From positions 1 to 41,332 of the forward strand of contig JAWDNK010000001.1 in assembly GCA_046534355.1 (NCBI GenBank): a stretch of 41,332 nucleotides of DNA, given 5' to 3'. Below the pieces are notes generated by a model. That model worked only from the letters and a program-made list of their open reading frames with translations. It was not told the origin of the DNA and did not search any database. The stretch's first letter is position 1, and every line of letters begins with the position of its first letter. This document shows, in pieces, positions 1 through 9,488 of this stretch. Position numbers and translations under genes: made by a program. Source of the DNA: Candidatus Marsarchaeota archaeon (lineage in GTDB: Archaea; Thermoproteota; Thermoprotei_A; Marsarchaeales; UBA168).

Positions 1-627
1 AGGCCTAGCGGGCACGCCAACCACGACCTCTCCCGGTTTAACGTCCTTGGTCACCACCGCGCCGGCGCCGACCTTCGCGTTTTCCCCTATGACAACCCCG
101 GGAAGCAAAATGGCCCCAGCCCCGATCTTTGCCCCCTTCAATACCTTTGGGCCTATCAGCCTCTCAGGAGGGGTTAGGAGGTGTTTGTCGTTAGTCATGA
201 TCACGTAGGGCCCCAAAAAAACGTCGTCTTCCACCTCGCTGTAAGGGGGTATGTAAACGCCCGTCTCCATCCTAACCCTGGCGCCCACCTTTACCTTCCC
301 ATCGATGACCGTATAGGAACCGACCAACGTCCCCTCGCCTATTTGCGTATCCTCCCGAATCATCACGTTATGACCAAAACTCACCCTTTCACCGATCTCG
401 ACGCCGGAGTAAACCGTGGCCCCCGGCCTGATATTGCACATACCCCCGATGCGCGTCAAGGCCTTACCACTCCCCTCTTGTCCCAAGGCCGGGTACCCTA
501 TCAAGGAGAAGTCACCTATCTTCGTCCCAGGACCAACCGATAACGGCCCCCAGAGCTTCACGAAGTCGCCGAGCTCGACCCCTTCTGCTACGTGCACCTC
601 ACCCAGCTTAACTACGTATTCAGCCAT
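1..627 (-). CDS. Hexapeptide-repeat (left-handed beta-helix) N-acetyltransferase, WxcM/WbpD-like; 3' end runs off the window
   Basis: Not in ORF track. Hand translation from ATG 627: MAEYVVKLGEVHV...VEDDVFLGPYVIMTND...GAKIGAGAILLPGVVIGENAKVGAGAVVTKDVKPGEVVVGVPARP. Confidence 0.9.
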   Translation of the reverse strand, partial: MAEYVVKLGEVHVAEGVELGDFVKLWGPLSVGPGTKIGDFSLIGYPALGQEGSGKALTRIGGMCNIRPGATVYSGVEIGERVSFGHNVMIREDTQIGEGTLVGSYTVIDGKVKVGARVRMETGVYIPPYSEVEDDVFLGPYVIMTNDKHLLTPPERLIGPKVLKGAKIGAGAILLPGVVIGENAKVGAGAVVTKDVKPGEVVVGVPARP

Positions 628-713
628 GGGGTAAAACGGTCGTCGTTTTTAAGGGCTAGTCGCCGGGACGCGATGCGGAAAAGCCCACCCGAAGACTCCA
701 CCCCGAAGCCCCG

Positions 714-2132
714 TCATTTCCCGAGGACGCGCTCCAAACCTGGGTATATCTCCAAGAACTCTTCTTGGACTAGCTGCTGGTATATCTGGAACACTATGCC
801 CACTGCCAGCAATATCCCCATGCCCGTGCCCAGCGCGCCCAGCATATCCGCGACGCCGGCTATCACGCCTACCACGAGGCCGCTCACCAGCGTCAGGGCG
901 TTTATCGGGCCTTTAAGCCTGCTCTCTATGACGGCCGCCTCCCGCCTGAAGCCCGGTATCTGCAGCCCGGACTCGACCATCTGTTCGGCCTGTTCCCTGG
1001 CTCCCATGCCCGACACCTCAACCCATAGGTATGCAAAAAGCACGGAGAAGAGCACCAGCAACGCGAAATTGCCTATGGCCTCCAGAGGATGAGCCGCGGT
1101 CATGGCAAGACCGGTTGGGGCCTGGAAATAGTAGAGTATGCCACCGGTGGGGACGGGATTGGAAGGATTCGTCATGTTGAAAGTACCTATGACGTTGAGT
1201 ATTGGATTGCTGTTATTTGGATTCCAAATCGTCATCACCCTCTCCCCGAAGAACAAGAGCTGGGCAAACAGTATAAGGGCTAGCAAAATCGGCACGTTAC
1301 TCACGTAAAGGAACTGCAGTGGCACTTTGGAGCGGAGCCCCCTGGCCTTTTCGTACGCAACGGGGATTTCCACGCTCATGCCCTGAAGCCATATGAGAAG
1401 AAGCGTGACCGCTATCATGGAAATAAAACCGGTCATATCGGGGGATCCGTTTGGCCTTATGAAGGCGGTCCAAATCGGTAGCTTCTTCTCGATCGCGTAG
1501 ATCAAGTAAGGGATAGCACCCAACGGCCCCCCTTGGATCGCGATCGGGGATACAGAATCCAGCACTATGGATTCAGCCACCCCCGCCAATATGAATAGGG
1601 AAACACCGCTGCCTATACCCCAGCCCTTTTGCAGTAGCTCGTCCATGAGCATCACTATGTAGCTTGCGAAGAGCAACTGCCCCAATACCAGCAACTTGAG
1701 GTATACGCTCAGGGAACCAAACGCGCCACCGTAGATGAAGGCCAAGCTCTCGTAAAGCGCAAAAATTATGGTGAGAAACCTCTGCGAAGCGGTGAATTTG
1801 GCCCTGTCATCCTCGTTTGATAGGTCGATGTCTATGAGCTTCGATCCGGCCAATATCTGCATCACGAGGCCAGCCGTAACTATGGGACCTATGCCCAGCT
1901 GCATGAGAGTCCCGTTTGTAGAGGCGAAAATTATCCTGAAAGCGTTTAGCTGAGTGAAGGCAGACGAAATCGAGGGTGAAACGCCGTAAAGCGGTATGTC
2001 GGACATGATCAGGTAAACGACCAGCACGACACCCGTCCATATCAACTTCTCCGTCAGAGAAGTCTTCTTGGCGGGCTTGCGCGGTCCCGGTATGGCGTTG
2101 CCAGGAGGCGCCAGCACATCTATGGCGCGCAT
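714..2132 (-). CDS. secY: Preprotein translocase subunit SecY
   Basis: Multi-TM protein with GTLMQLGIGPIVTAGLVMQIL, GWGIGSGVSLFI and GLQIPGFR motifs; follows L15. Confidence 0.98.
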   Translation of the reverse strand: MRAIDVLAPPGNAIPGPRKPAKKTSLTEKLIWTGVVLVVYLIMSDIPLYGVSPSISSAFTQLNAFRIIFASTNGTLMQLGIGPIVTAGLVMQILAGSKLIDIDLSNEDDRAKFTASQRFLTIIFALYESLAFIYGGAFGSLSVYLKLLVLGQLLFASYIVMLMDELLQKGWGIGSGVSLFILAGVAESIVLDSVSPIAIQGGPLGAIPYLIYAIEKKLPIWTAFIRPNGSPDMTGFISMIAVTLLLIWLQGMSVEIPVAYEKARGLRSKVPLQFLYVSNVPILLALILFAQLLFFGERVMTIWNPNNSNPILNVIGTFNMTNPSNPVPTGGILYYFQAPTGLAMTAAHPLEAIGNFALLVLFSVLFAYLWVEVSGMGAREQAEQMVESGLQIPGFRREAAVIESRLKGPINALTLVSGLVVGVIAGVADMLGALGTGMGILLAVGIVFQIYQQLVQEEFLEIYPGLERVLGK

Positions 2133-2156
2133 GTCATCTCATACCCTTTTCTGGAT

Positions 2157-2582
2157 TTAAGCGTTCCCCGCCTCGGTTATTACAACTCCTCCCGCTTGCT
2201 TCACTAGCTCAACTGCCCTCGCGCTGGCCTTTTCGACCTTGACCCTCACGGGGTGAGTCAACTCACCCTTACCAAGTAACTTCTGGTATCCCAGCGCTCC
2301 CAGGTCGATCTCTTCTTTTCCCTTGCTAATCTCATCGAGCTCGTAGAGGTTGATGGTCCTGAGGCGCGTCGGAGATACCGAGTGGAAACCATGCCTGCCG
2401 TAAACCCTCACACCCTCTTTGGCCAGCTTGATGGTAAGCGACCACTTACCCTTGTGATATCCACTCTTTCCTGTACCCCCTCTGGCACCTTTTCCTCTGT
2501 GCTTGCCCACGCGTCCGTAACCCATGCTCCTCTTTCCCCTGTACTTGTGCGTCTTTTTCCTTATCTTTCCCGGAGACGGCAT
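2157..2582 (-). CDS. rpl15: 50S ribosomal protein uL15
   Basis: RKKTHKYRGKRSMGYGRVGKHRGKGARGGTG; KLLGKG; VKQAGG. Confidence 0.96.
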   Translation of the reverse strand: MPSPGKIRKKTHKYRGKRSMGYGRVGKHRGKGARGGTGKSGYHKGKWSLTIKLAKEGVRVYGRHGFHSVSPTRLRTINLYELDEISKGKEEIDLGALGYQKLLGKGELTHPVRVKVEKASARAVELVKQAGGVVITEAGNA

Positions 2583-2607
2583 GAAGTTTCAGTTACGTCT
2601 ATTCCAG

Positions 2608-2622
2608 GCCTTTAAGCGTTCC
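2608..2622 (-). promoter_or_regulatory. Putative TATA box (CTTAAAG) for rpl15-secY
   Basis: TTAAAG about 28 nt upstream of the rpl15 ATG, typical archaeal spacing. Confidence 0.5.
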
Positions 2623-2689
2623 GAAGCGACCTGCCCTCAAAACAGGGGCCAAGTCGTAGGTGGCCGAGAAAACGAGCCAAGCAGACGCG

Positions 2690-2797
2690 GGAAAACGACG
2701 GAAAAATGGCAAAAAGCTAAGAGAAAAAGTAAGACGAGCAGGAAAAAAGAATCAAAAGAGGGAAGCGAGGTCGGAGAAAACGCGTGAAAAAGCAAAC
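2690..2797 (-). terminator. Oligo-T-rich tract after rpl30 (archaeal terminator-like)
   Basis: Several T5-T6 runs on the - strand just downstream of the CGA that ends rpl30. Confidence 0.55.
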
Positions 2798-2810
2798 TAA
2801 GGCCATGGCG

Positions 2811-3200
2811 TCGCGTCATGCGCATCAACAGGGGTTTGATTTCCTCCCCTATTTCACCCCTGCGCTTGGCGAATTCGCCATAACCCTTTCTCGGGGGATG
2901 CAGCCGGAAGACCCTTGGCAAAGGGGAAAAATCTCCGCTCTCCACCCTCTTTACTTGATCCTCTGGCAGCTTCGCCCAACGAGCCAAAGCCGCCGCCGCT
3001 TCAGCGTCCAGCGGCCCCCAGACGACCTCCTTTTCCACGGAGCCCAGCATGCCCAAGTAAGACGGCGTAGCGTCGACCACCGCGGCGGAGTGCTTGCGCT
3101 TTAGCCCGAGAAACTCCAGCGTGGCCAGCTTCTTGGGAGAGAGCCCGGCCTCTCCGGCAAACCTTATCACCAATATCTTCGAATTCGTAGCCTCGACCAA
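2811..3200 (-). CDS. rpl30: 50S ribosomal protein uL30, ending at in-frame CGA (2811-2813); start TTG 3200 or ACG 3188
   Basis: ILVIRFAG...TLEFLGLKRKH...GML...VVWG...FRLHPPRKGY...GEEIKPLLMRMT; family normally ends here; read-through runs across a T-rich terminator. Confidence 0.9.
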
Positions 3201-3799
3201 TCCTCTTGCCTCCTCGTCTTCTCCATGTTTTTTAACGCGTCGAACGCCGCCAGCGCTTGGTTCGGGGTCGTCCTGGTCTCTCCCAGGGTTCTGCTCCACG
3301 CGTCGCTTATACCGGCTAAGTAAAGTATCTTCTTGATGGTATCGCTGGCCACAAGGCCCGTTCCTCTGGGCGCGGGCCAAAGCATCACCCTTACCGATCC
3401 ACTCTTTCCCACCGTGGCCAAAGGTATGCTGTGGGGCTCGCCGCAGCCGCACTCCCAGCTACCGCAAGCCCTGTGGACGTATATAAGGTTCAGCTTGGCC
3501 GCCTCTATGGCCTTGTTTTCAGCGTCGAGCACTTGCGCGGCCTTTCCCGACCCTATCCCCACTATACCGTCCCCGTTTCCCACGGCAACGGTTACCCTCA
3601 TCCTCCTCACGGCACCGGCGTCTGTCTTCTTCTGGACGTTTTCAAGGCTTATCCGCTCAACCTTGAGATCGGACAGCAGTGCGTCAACGACCTGAACCTC
3701 CCTTATGGGAAGGTTTAGGGAAAAAACCTGGGATATATCCCTAATCTCCCCAGCGGCCACCATCGCACCGAGCTTCGTCTTAGGTTTCCACTCAGACAA
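3185..3799 (-). CDS. rps5: 30S ribosomal protein uS5, ending at in-frame CGA (3185-3187)
   Basis: EWKPKTKLG; VAVGNGDGIVGIG; RACGSWECGCGEPHSIP; ends EDWSRL-CGA. Confidence 0.95.
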
Positions 3800-4388
3800 C
3801 TGCACCACCCAATTGCTTTCTAACCTCGTCGAAATGCGCCGGAAGATCGTAAGGCTCGAGTCCACGGGCCAGATACCTTGAGAACCGCCTGGAGTACCCC
3901 TGCGGGTCCTTCTCCTTGAGTTCTCTGGCGTACTCGGCCAGGGGTTCCATCCTCAGCGCGGATTCATCCAATTCTACGTCTTCGCTCATGCTCACGGGCA
4001 GGCCACCCTCGGCGGCACCCATGAGCAAGGCGAAAACCTTACCACCCTTGTGAGGGGCGTGCATGCCCAAGTCCGGTATCAACTTCTCAAACTTCAGGCC
4101 CTTTTCTCCCACCTTTCTCGCTAACAGAAGCCCGGTCAAGAAGGAAGCCGCCACGTTATCTTCATCTCCCTTCCAGCCAAACTTAGAAAGCTCCTTTGAA
4201 GAGGCTTCGGCCAGAGTCCTGTCCCCGTTTTGGTCGTAAGCGATGACCTGAACGGATATGATGTGGGTCGAAGGCCTGACCACAAGCCTAGGGCTACCCG
4301 ACTTGAGGAGTTTAAGCCTACGCCTGTAGTCTGTCTTCTTTTCCCTCTTCCTCCTATACCTAGATAGATAAACTTTCCTAGTTTTCAT
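3792..4388 (-). CDS. rpl18: 50S ribosomal protein uL18
   Basis: YRRKREKKTDYRRRLKLLKSGSPRLVVR; FSRYLARGL. Confidence 0.96.
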   Translation of the reverse strand: MKTRKVYLSRYRRKREKKTDYRRRLKLLKSGSPRLVVRPSTHIISVQVIAYDQNGDRTLAEASSKELSKFGWKGDEDNVAASFLTGLLLARKVGEKGLKFEKLIPDLGMHAPHKGGKVFALLMGAAEGGLPVSMSEDVELDESALRMEPLAEYARELKEKDPQGYSRRFSRYLARGLEPYDLPAHFDEVRKQLGGAVV

Positions 4389-4395
4389 CTTAACT

Positions 4396-4833
4396 TCACC
4401 TAGCCTTGCTCAGGAACCTCTTGAGGCTAGACAGGCTCGTGAAGGCGTTGCCCTTAACCTTCAGGTAAAGCGAGCGGTAAGTCACCCTATCTATCTCGTT
4501 ACGCGCCCTGAGCAACTTAAGGTAAGCCCTCATCTTCCTGACCTTGTAAGCCCATAGCCTTTCTGTGCGCCTCCTGGCACTGGCCTTGCCCTTCCTGCTC
4601 CCCATTCCAGCGCGCTGCCCCCTGCTCTTCTTCATCATGAGCTCCCTAGCCCTTCCCCTAGAAGGCGTCGCCTTAGGGCGCTTCTTGATCGCGCCGCTCC
4701 GGATCAACCCCCTTATGTCGTCTTTCGTTATAGCTTCTGCAACGTCCTCCTCCCGTTCGGGGTCTATCCACACCCTGCTCTCCCCGACGCCCATTATGGA
4801 GGCCGCCAGTCTTTTCTGAAAACTCAAGTCCAT
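4396..4833 (-). CDS. rpl19e: 50S ribosomal protein eL19
   Basis: QKRLAASIMGVGESRVWIDP; GSRKGKASAR; YRSLYLKVKGNAF. Confidence 0.97.
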   Translation of the reverse strand: MDLSFQKRLAASIMGVGESRVWIDPEREEDVAEAITKDDIRGLIRSGAIKKRPKATPSRGRARELMMKKSRGQRAGMGSRKGKASARRRTERLWAYKVRKMRAYLKLLRARNEIDRVTYRSLYLKVKGNAFTSLSSLKRFLSKAR

Positions 4834-4839
4834 ATCGCA

Positions 4840-5238
4840 TCACTTTCCCGCGTTCAACAGCTTAAGCTTTAGCTCTTCCGCCTTCGCTATTATCTCCTCC
4901 CTTTTCCTCCTGCCCACCGTGGAGGAGATGTAAATCGCGTGACCTGAGGGAGCCGAAAGGAGCTCGGCCACGTTGTGAACCACTACCGTCGGAAACCCAG
5001 ATGGATGAAGGCCACGCACGTCGGCCGGTGACCTATATCCCGGAGATGGCATCGGCGGATGGCCAGCCACCTTCCTCTTTATTTTGCTGTCATCTCCCCT
5101 CGGCTTACGCCAAAACTCGCCAACCCTCTTGAACTTAAACCAATTGGTCCTCCTAAAGGCGATGGCCTTGGATCTCTTTTTGATTATTTTATCCCTCAGC
5201 TTCTCCCTATCGCGTTTCTCAAAACCAGAAGTGGACAA
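4840..5238 (-). CDS. rpl32e: 50S ribosomal protein eL32
   Basis: WRKPRGDDSK; GYRSPADVRGLHPSGF; VGRRKR. Confidence 0.96.
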   Translation of the reverse strand: MSTSGFEKRDREKLRDKIIKKRSKAIAFRRTNWFKFKRVGEFWRKPRGDDSKIKRKVAGHPPMPSPGYRSPADVRGLHPSGFPTVVVHNVAELLSAPSGHAIYISSTVGRRKREEIIAKAEELKLKLLNAGK

Positions 5239-5247
5239 TTACTGAGC

Positions 5248-5781
5248 TCACCCTTTTATAAATATCCCATCCTGAAATACCCTTCTATCGTAACCCGATA
5301 GTTTGCAGGCCGAAACGATGTTGGCGGCCGTCTGCCCGACCGCGTATTTGTCCGGCCCGCTTACCTTTATCTCCTCGCCGCGGACTTCGACCTTGGTATC
5401 CCCAACGATCTGGGCATACCTCTTGCCCCTCTCACCGATGAAGTTCTCTATTACGACTTTGTCGCCCTCTACGTGAACGTTCATGGGGAAGTGGGAGTAA
5501 GCCACGACCAGCGTCTTCTCGTACCCCTGCAACACGCCGTTGGCAGCGTTCTTTATGAGCGCCACCACGGTCCCAAACATGGCCCTGTCTTCCTTTTTCA
5601 TGCCGCTGCCGGTGACCGCTATTCCTTCTTCCTTCTTCTCCAGCGAATAATTCCCCTTTGGTAACTTAAGCGTCAGTTTACCCTTTGGACCCTCTGCGAA
5701 GACTACGTTCTCCCCTTGTAGGTCGAGCTTTACGCCCTGCGGGGGGACCACCAACTCGGTCAAAGTCAGCGATTTCGGCAT
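5248..5781 (-). CDS. rpl6: 50S ribosomal protein uL6
   Basis: GPKG; YSHFPM; IENFIGER; VGQTAANI; DRRVFQDGIFI. Confidence 0.97.
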   Translation of the reverse strand: MPKSLTLTELVVPPQGVKLDLQGENVVFAEGPKGKLTLKLPKGNYSLEKKEEGIAVTGSGMKKEDRAMFGTVVALIKNAANGVLQGYEKTLVVAYSHFPMNVHVEGDKVVIENFIGERGKRYAQIVGDTKVEVRGEEIKVSGPDKYAVGQTAANIVSACKLSGYDRRVFQDGIFIKG

Positions 5782-5836
5782 CTCGAAGAAAGAGGATAGG
5801 AGTATTTAGGGGTGACGTCCTAGAACAAGCGGGCCC

Positions 5837-6232
5837 TCGGTAAACGTAGGCCACCAGGACCCCTCCTATTTTCTTGTCCCTGGCCTCAGAACTCGTGAGC
5901 ACCCCGTAAGGGGTCGAAACGAGGAGCGTACCCACGCCTTTTCCGGGCAGGAAACGGACGTCGCCGCTGATCAAATCATCCCTGTTGAGGAACAGGGGAG
6001 GGCGGATAGCGCCGCACTTGTTGATCCTTCCCAGAAGTTCCACCCTGAACTTCCCGTTTCTCCCGTCATCGACGTACTCGAAGTCACCTATGTATCCCAA
6101 CTCGTGGAGTTTAGCCAAAGTGGAGGCCGCCAGCTTACTGGCCGGATAAACCAAGACCTCCCTCTTCCCCCTCTCTTCAGCCTTGGCTATACCATCCAAA
6201 ACGTAAGACAAAGCAAAAGACGTCTTCACCAC
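5837..6232 (-). CDS. rps8: 30S ribosomal protein uS8, ending at in-frame CGA (5837-5839)
   Basis: GYIGDFEYVDDGRNGKFRVELLGRINKCGAI; VSTPYGV; canonical C-terminus IGGVLVAYVY immediately followed by CGA (131 aa). Confidence 0.96.
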
Positions 6233-6233
6233 C

Positions 6234-6398
6234 TCATCTGTACTTCCTGAAGCCCATGTCCTGGGCTAGCTCCCTGAAGCATTGCCTGCAAAGGTGAAGG
6301 CCGTACGCTCTTATGGGCGCGTCATGACTGCCGCAGCGAGCGCAAACCTGAGCGCCCCTACCGTACTTCCTAACCTTAGGCGGTTTATATTTTCCCAA
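6234..6398 (-). CDS. rps14: 30S ribosomal protein uS14 (zinc-binding)
   Basis: Below ORF-track cutoff. Hand translation [57 protein letters not shown] start after GGTGA RBS. Confidence 0.95.
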   Translation of the reverse strand: MGKYKPPKVRKYGRGAQVCARCGSHDAPIRAYGLHLCRQCFRELAQDMGFRKYR

Positions 6399-6408
6399 GT
6401 GATTTCAC

Positions 6409-6915
6409 CTACTCAAACGTAACCTTAAATTTATCCTTCATGAAGCCCTCCGCCTCGCTCTGAGTCACGTATTTCTTCGGTGGCAGAGACGAGGGAAAAT
6501 CCCTCCTTAGGGCAACCCTTCTACCCGGCTTACAGAGGGTGATCGCTATGTTCATGCCAAAGATACCCAGTTCAGGCACGTACTTAGTCCCAGGAATGGT
6601 TATGTGCTCTGATATACCGAAGTTATACGTCGACTTACCGTCGTAACTGCTCGCCTTTATCCTGCCATTAACCGCGGTGAGCGCCCTGCGAAGGAATTCC
6701 TCTGCGGACTCGCCCCTAAGGGTGGTCACTGCGGCCATGGGCTCTCCCTTGTGTATACCAAACTCCCTTATGGTGCGTTTTGCCCTCACAAGCAGGGGTT
6801 TCTGGTCAGTGAGCGACTGCAATACCGTAATGGCGGCGTTCTGCCTTTCCTGCCTACCCGCAAAAGACAAATTCACCGTTACCTTTTCGAGCCTTACTTC
6901 ATCCATGTTATTCAA
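6409..6915 (-). CDS. rpl5: 50S ribosomal protein uL5
   Basis: EKVTVN; AKRTIREFGIHKGEP; FGISEHITIPGTKYVPELGIFGM. Confidence 0.97.
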   Translation of the reverse strand: MNNMDEVRLEKVTVNLSFAGRQERQNAAITVLQSLTDQKPLLVRAKRTIREFGIHKGEPMAAVTTLRGESAEEFLRRALTAVNGRIKASSYDGKSTYNFGISEHITIPGTKYVPELGIFGMNIAITLCKPGRRVALRRDFPSSLPPKKYVTQSEAEGFMKDKFKVTFE

Positions 6916-7670
6916 GCAGGTTCACCTCCAGTTGCACCCTTATCGGTCGAGGCCGAAACCGACGGCGCCCCCGAAAGCGCCGAAAAGATACGGTCATCTA
7001 TGGCGTAAACGTGGTCCTTAGACGTCTGGAACGCGCGCCCATCAGGCGTGTTCACGTTGACCAGGTCCTCGGCGATGGAGGAAATCACCCCCAGCACTCC
7101 CTCGTTCTTACCACCAACTATGACCACCTGTGCCCCCTCCTTAACCGGGACCTCGACCGTCGGCACCCATTTTTCACCCTTTAACTCAAAAACCATCGAT
7201 GAACCGACCCTCGCAGACGCAAGGGGATCTTCCTTGGCCATAAGGAACGTGCTGCCATCGTGGAAACTGAACTGATACTTTCCGGAATACAGCTTCTTCC
7301 CCTCCACCCTGAGGAACCTCGGACCCTGATAGGGTATGGGGAAAAGGCCAACCCCCTTCTTTGGTAGCAGGCAAAAATCACCGTGATCCTCAACAGAAAT
7401 CAAGTCAAAGGCCCCAACCGGAAACTTTTCGTCCTTTCTAACCCTACCGTTTATCTTGACCTTTCCAGCTTGTATCGCGACTCTGGCCTCCCTGGCGCTG
7501 CCAGCCAGGCCGAATATATCCCTTACTAGCTTCACCAAGGGTACGGAGTACTCCTGCGAGTGCGGCCCTGGCCTAGGCTTGGCCAAGAACCTAACGCTCT
7601 TTCCGCCGCGCGGCCAAGAAGCCGGGATCTGACTTACCTTCATGTGTCTGCTTCCGCCCTTATTGGCCAT
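6912..7670 (-). CDS. rps4e: 30S ribosomal protein eS4
   Basis: KPRPGPHS; GKVKINGRVRKDEKFPVG; start set at ATG 7670 (MANKGGSRHMK). Confidence 0.95.
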   Translation of the reverse strand: MANKGGSRHMKVSQIPASWPRGGKSVRFLAKPRPGPHSQEYSVPLVKLVRDIFGLAGSAREARVAIQAGKVKINGRVRKDEKFPVGAFDLISVEDHGDFCLLPKKGVGLFPIPYQGPRFLRVEGKKLYSGKYQFSFHDGSTFLMAKEDPLASARVGSSMVFELKGEKWVPTVEVPVKEGAQVVIVGGKNEGVLGVISSIAEDLVNVNTPDGRAFQTSKDHVYAIDDRIFSALSGAPSVSASTDKGATGGEPA

Positions 7671-8295
7671 TCGAATCACTCCCTGTTTTTTCCTCTGTTT
7701 CTCCTTCTCTTTCTCCTTCTCCTTCCTCCTTTACCTCGCGCGATGACCCGGCTTCGCCAGAACGCTCTTCTTTGGCCTCGCCCTGATCTCCTGATTTGGG
7801 CTGGGATTTGGGCTGCGCAACGGCTTGGGCCTGAGACGAAGCGGGTAACTCGGCCTCCTCCTGGGCCTCGCCCTCCTCCTTTTCGGGGGCAGCTATCTCT
7901 CTCTCGACCTCGGCCGTTATCTCCTTGCCCGTCTTCCTGCTTATTATTTTTCTCCTCCACTTATCTCCCATGTTCAACCGAGTTATCTCCAAATAGGATA
8001 TAGAAATCTTTGGATAAATGGTATCACCTTTACCGCTTTTTTCGGTGATGCCCACGATTTCCACCCTACCCCTATTTCTCAGCACCCTCCTAACCCTACC
8101 GCGCTTCCCGGCATATTCTCCCTTAACCACCCTAACCGTATCACCCTCTCTGACGGGCATCGATCTTATCCCCAGCCTCGACCGAAGAGAAGCGGACAAA
8201 TGGGCGTTTACTAACCGCCTGCGGCCGAAGGGATTACCCTTGGCCACAGACAACCTAAGTCTTTGAACAGTTGGTTTTTTGCTCAAAACAAACAC
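7660..8295 (-). CDS. rpl24: 50S ribosomal protein uL24 with long acidic C-terminal tail
   Basis: AHLSASLRSRLGIRSMPVREGDTVRVVKGEYAGKRG (KOW); position between L14 and S4e. Confidence 0.94.
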   Translation of the reverse strand: MFVLSKKPTVQRLRLSVAKGNPFGRRRLVNAHLSASLRSRLGIRSMPVREGDTVRVVKGEYAGKRGRVRRVLRNRGRVEIVGITEKSGKGDTIYPKISISYLEITRLNMGDKWRRKIISRKTGKEITAEVEREIAAPEKEEGEAQEEAELPASSQAQAVAQPKSQPKSGDQGEAKEERSGEAGSSREVKEEGEGEREGETEEKTGSDSNGQ

Positions 8296-8301
8296 CCCGG
8301 A

Positions 8302-8727
8302 TCAAACCACCATTGTGGCCAGTCCGGCCAGCTTAACAACCCTTTCAGCGGCCTCCTTAGCCACCGGACCGTGAACGTCAGTCCCCTTTGGATCTCCATC
8401 AGGGGTCAGTATAACAGCGGCATTATCCTCAAACACCAACCTTGTGCCATCTGGTCTCCTCAACGGCATCCTTTGCCTGACAACGATTGCCTTGACGACC
8501 TGCCTCCTCATCTCCGGGTTACCGACCTTAACCGATGCCGTAATTATATTTCCCACCGTAGCACGAGGATAACGCCTTATTCTCCCCCTGTATCCCTCGA
8601 CAGAGATCATGCTCACCACCTTCGCCCCGCTGTTGTCAGCGCAGGTGAGCTGAGTCCCCGCCGTTATCCCCCGCGATAAATGAGGCCTTCTGACCTCTAC
8701 CGCTTCTCTACCTCCCCTCTTAACCAT
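8302..8727 (-). CDS. rpl14: 50S ribosomal protein uL14
   Basis: CADNSGAK; RRPDGTRLVFEDNAAVI; GPVAKEAAER. Confidence 0.97.
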   Translation of the reverse strand: MVKRGGREAVEVRRPHLSRGITAGTQLTCADNSGAKVVSMISVEGYRGRIRRYPRATVGNIITASVKVGNPEMRRQVVKAIVVRQRMPLRRPDGTRLVFEDNAAVILTPDGDPKGTDVHGPVAKEAAERVVKLAGLATMVV

Positions 8728-9049
8728 GAGACTTCACCCCTATAACCACAAAGGAAATGGTCTTCGATATGGGCCTGCACTCACCCACTATGACTTCATC
8801 CCCTTCCTTCACCTTTATGCAAGGTGGGACGTGCACGTGAAGACGCGTCCTTTCCCTTTCGTACCTCTCATACTTTGGCACCCACTTGGCAGTCTCCCTC
8901 ACCACCACGGCGGCCCTGGTCATCCTGTTGGATTCAATCCTTCCCTCGAAGACCGCACCCCTAATAGTTAAATCGCCGTGAAACGGGCAATTCTTATCGC
9001 TACAAGCGCTTTCCGGCGCACGCATACCGAATAGGGTTTCAGCTGGCAA
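8720..9049 (-). CDS. rps17: 30S ribosomal protein uS17
   Basis: CSDKNCPFHG; KYERYER; GECRPISKTISFVV. Confidence 0.97.
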   Translation of the reverse strand: MPAETLFGMRAPESACSDKNCPFHGDLTIRGAVFEGRIESNRMTRAAVVVRETAKWVPKYERYERERTRLHVHVPPCIKVKEGDEVIVGECRPISKTISFVVIGVKSHG

Positions 9050-9060
9050 AAGCTCTCACT

Positions 9061-9288
9061 TCAATTACCAACTGCCCTTTTTAGCCTTTCTTCAAGGGCC
9101 CGCCTGTACTCGAAGGGAGGTATTCTCTTCCCTTCAACGCGGAGATCTTTAATCGACGCCTTGGGGTAAACCTTGCCCGATACCACAAGGGTGCGGGCTG
9201 TCTCGAATTCGCATATCCCCCTAACGAGGGCGCCGTTGAACTCGAACTCCAACCGTTTACCGTCAAACACTAGGTCTAATAATCTCAC
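9061..9288 (-). CDS. rnp1: Ribonuclease P protein subunit Rpp29/Pop4 (short)
   Basis: Conserved position between L29 and S17; G-x4-ET-x2-TL and PK motifs, EERLK. Confidence 0.75.
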   Translation of the reverse strand: MRLLDLVFDGKRLEFEFNGALVRGICEFETARTLVVSGKVYPKASIKDLRVEGKRIPPFEYRRALEERLKRAVGN

Positions 9289-9488
9289 GCGTTTTCACCC
9301 AATAGCGTCAATATCCTAGCGATGTTCTTCTTCACGACCCTCAGCGTCCCGGGCTTATCAAGGGTTCCCTTGGACGCCTTCTCAGCGCTCAGTTTAAGCA
9401 GCTGCAACCTCTGATCAGAAAGGAGCTTTAACAACTCCTCCTTCTTCATCTTCCTAAGCTCTTTCGCCTTAAGCGACAACCTGCTCAC
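9285..9488 (-). CDS. rpl29: 50S ribosomal protein uL29
   Basis: LKAKELRKM; KPGTLRVVKKNIARILT. Confidence 0.95.
   Translation of the reverse strand: MSRLSLKAKELRKMKKEELLKLLSDQRLQLLKLSAEKASKGTLDKPGTLRVVKKNIARILTLLGENA

Noticed and set aside
181-1283. Plus-strand ORFs here, and the many similar antisense ORFs across the window
   Set aside because: Shadow frames of well-supported genes on the opposite strand
2637-2810. Hydrophobic C-terminal extension (membrane anchor) on uL30
   Set aside because: It is translation of a T-rich terminator tract after the in-frame CGA
5678-5836. Extended uS8 overlapping rpl6 by about 100 bp
   Set aside because: uS8 homology ends at AYVY immediately before CGA
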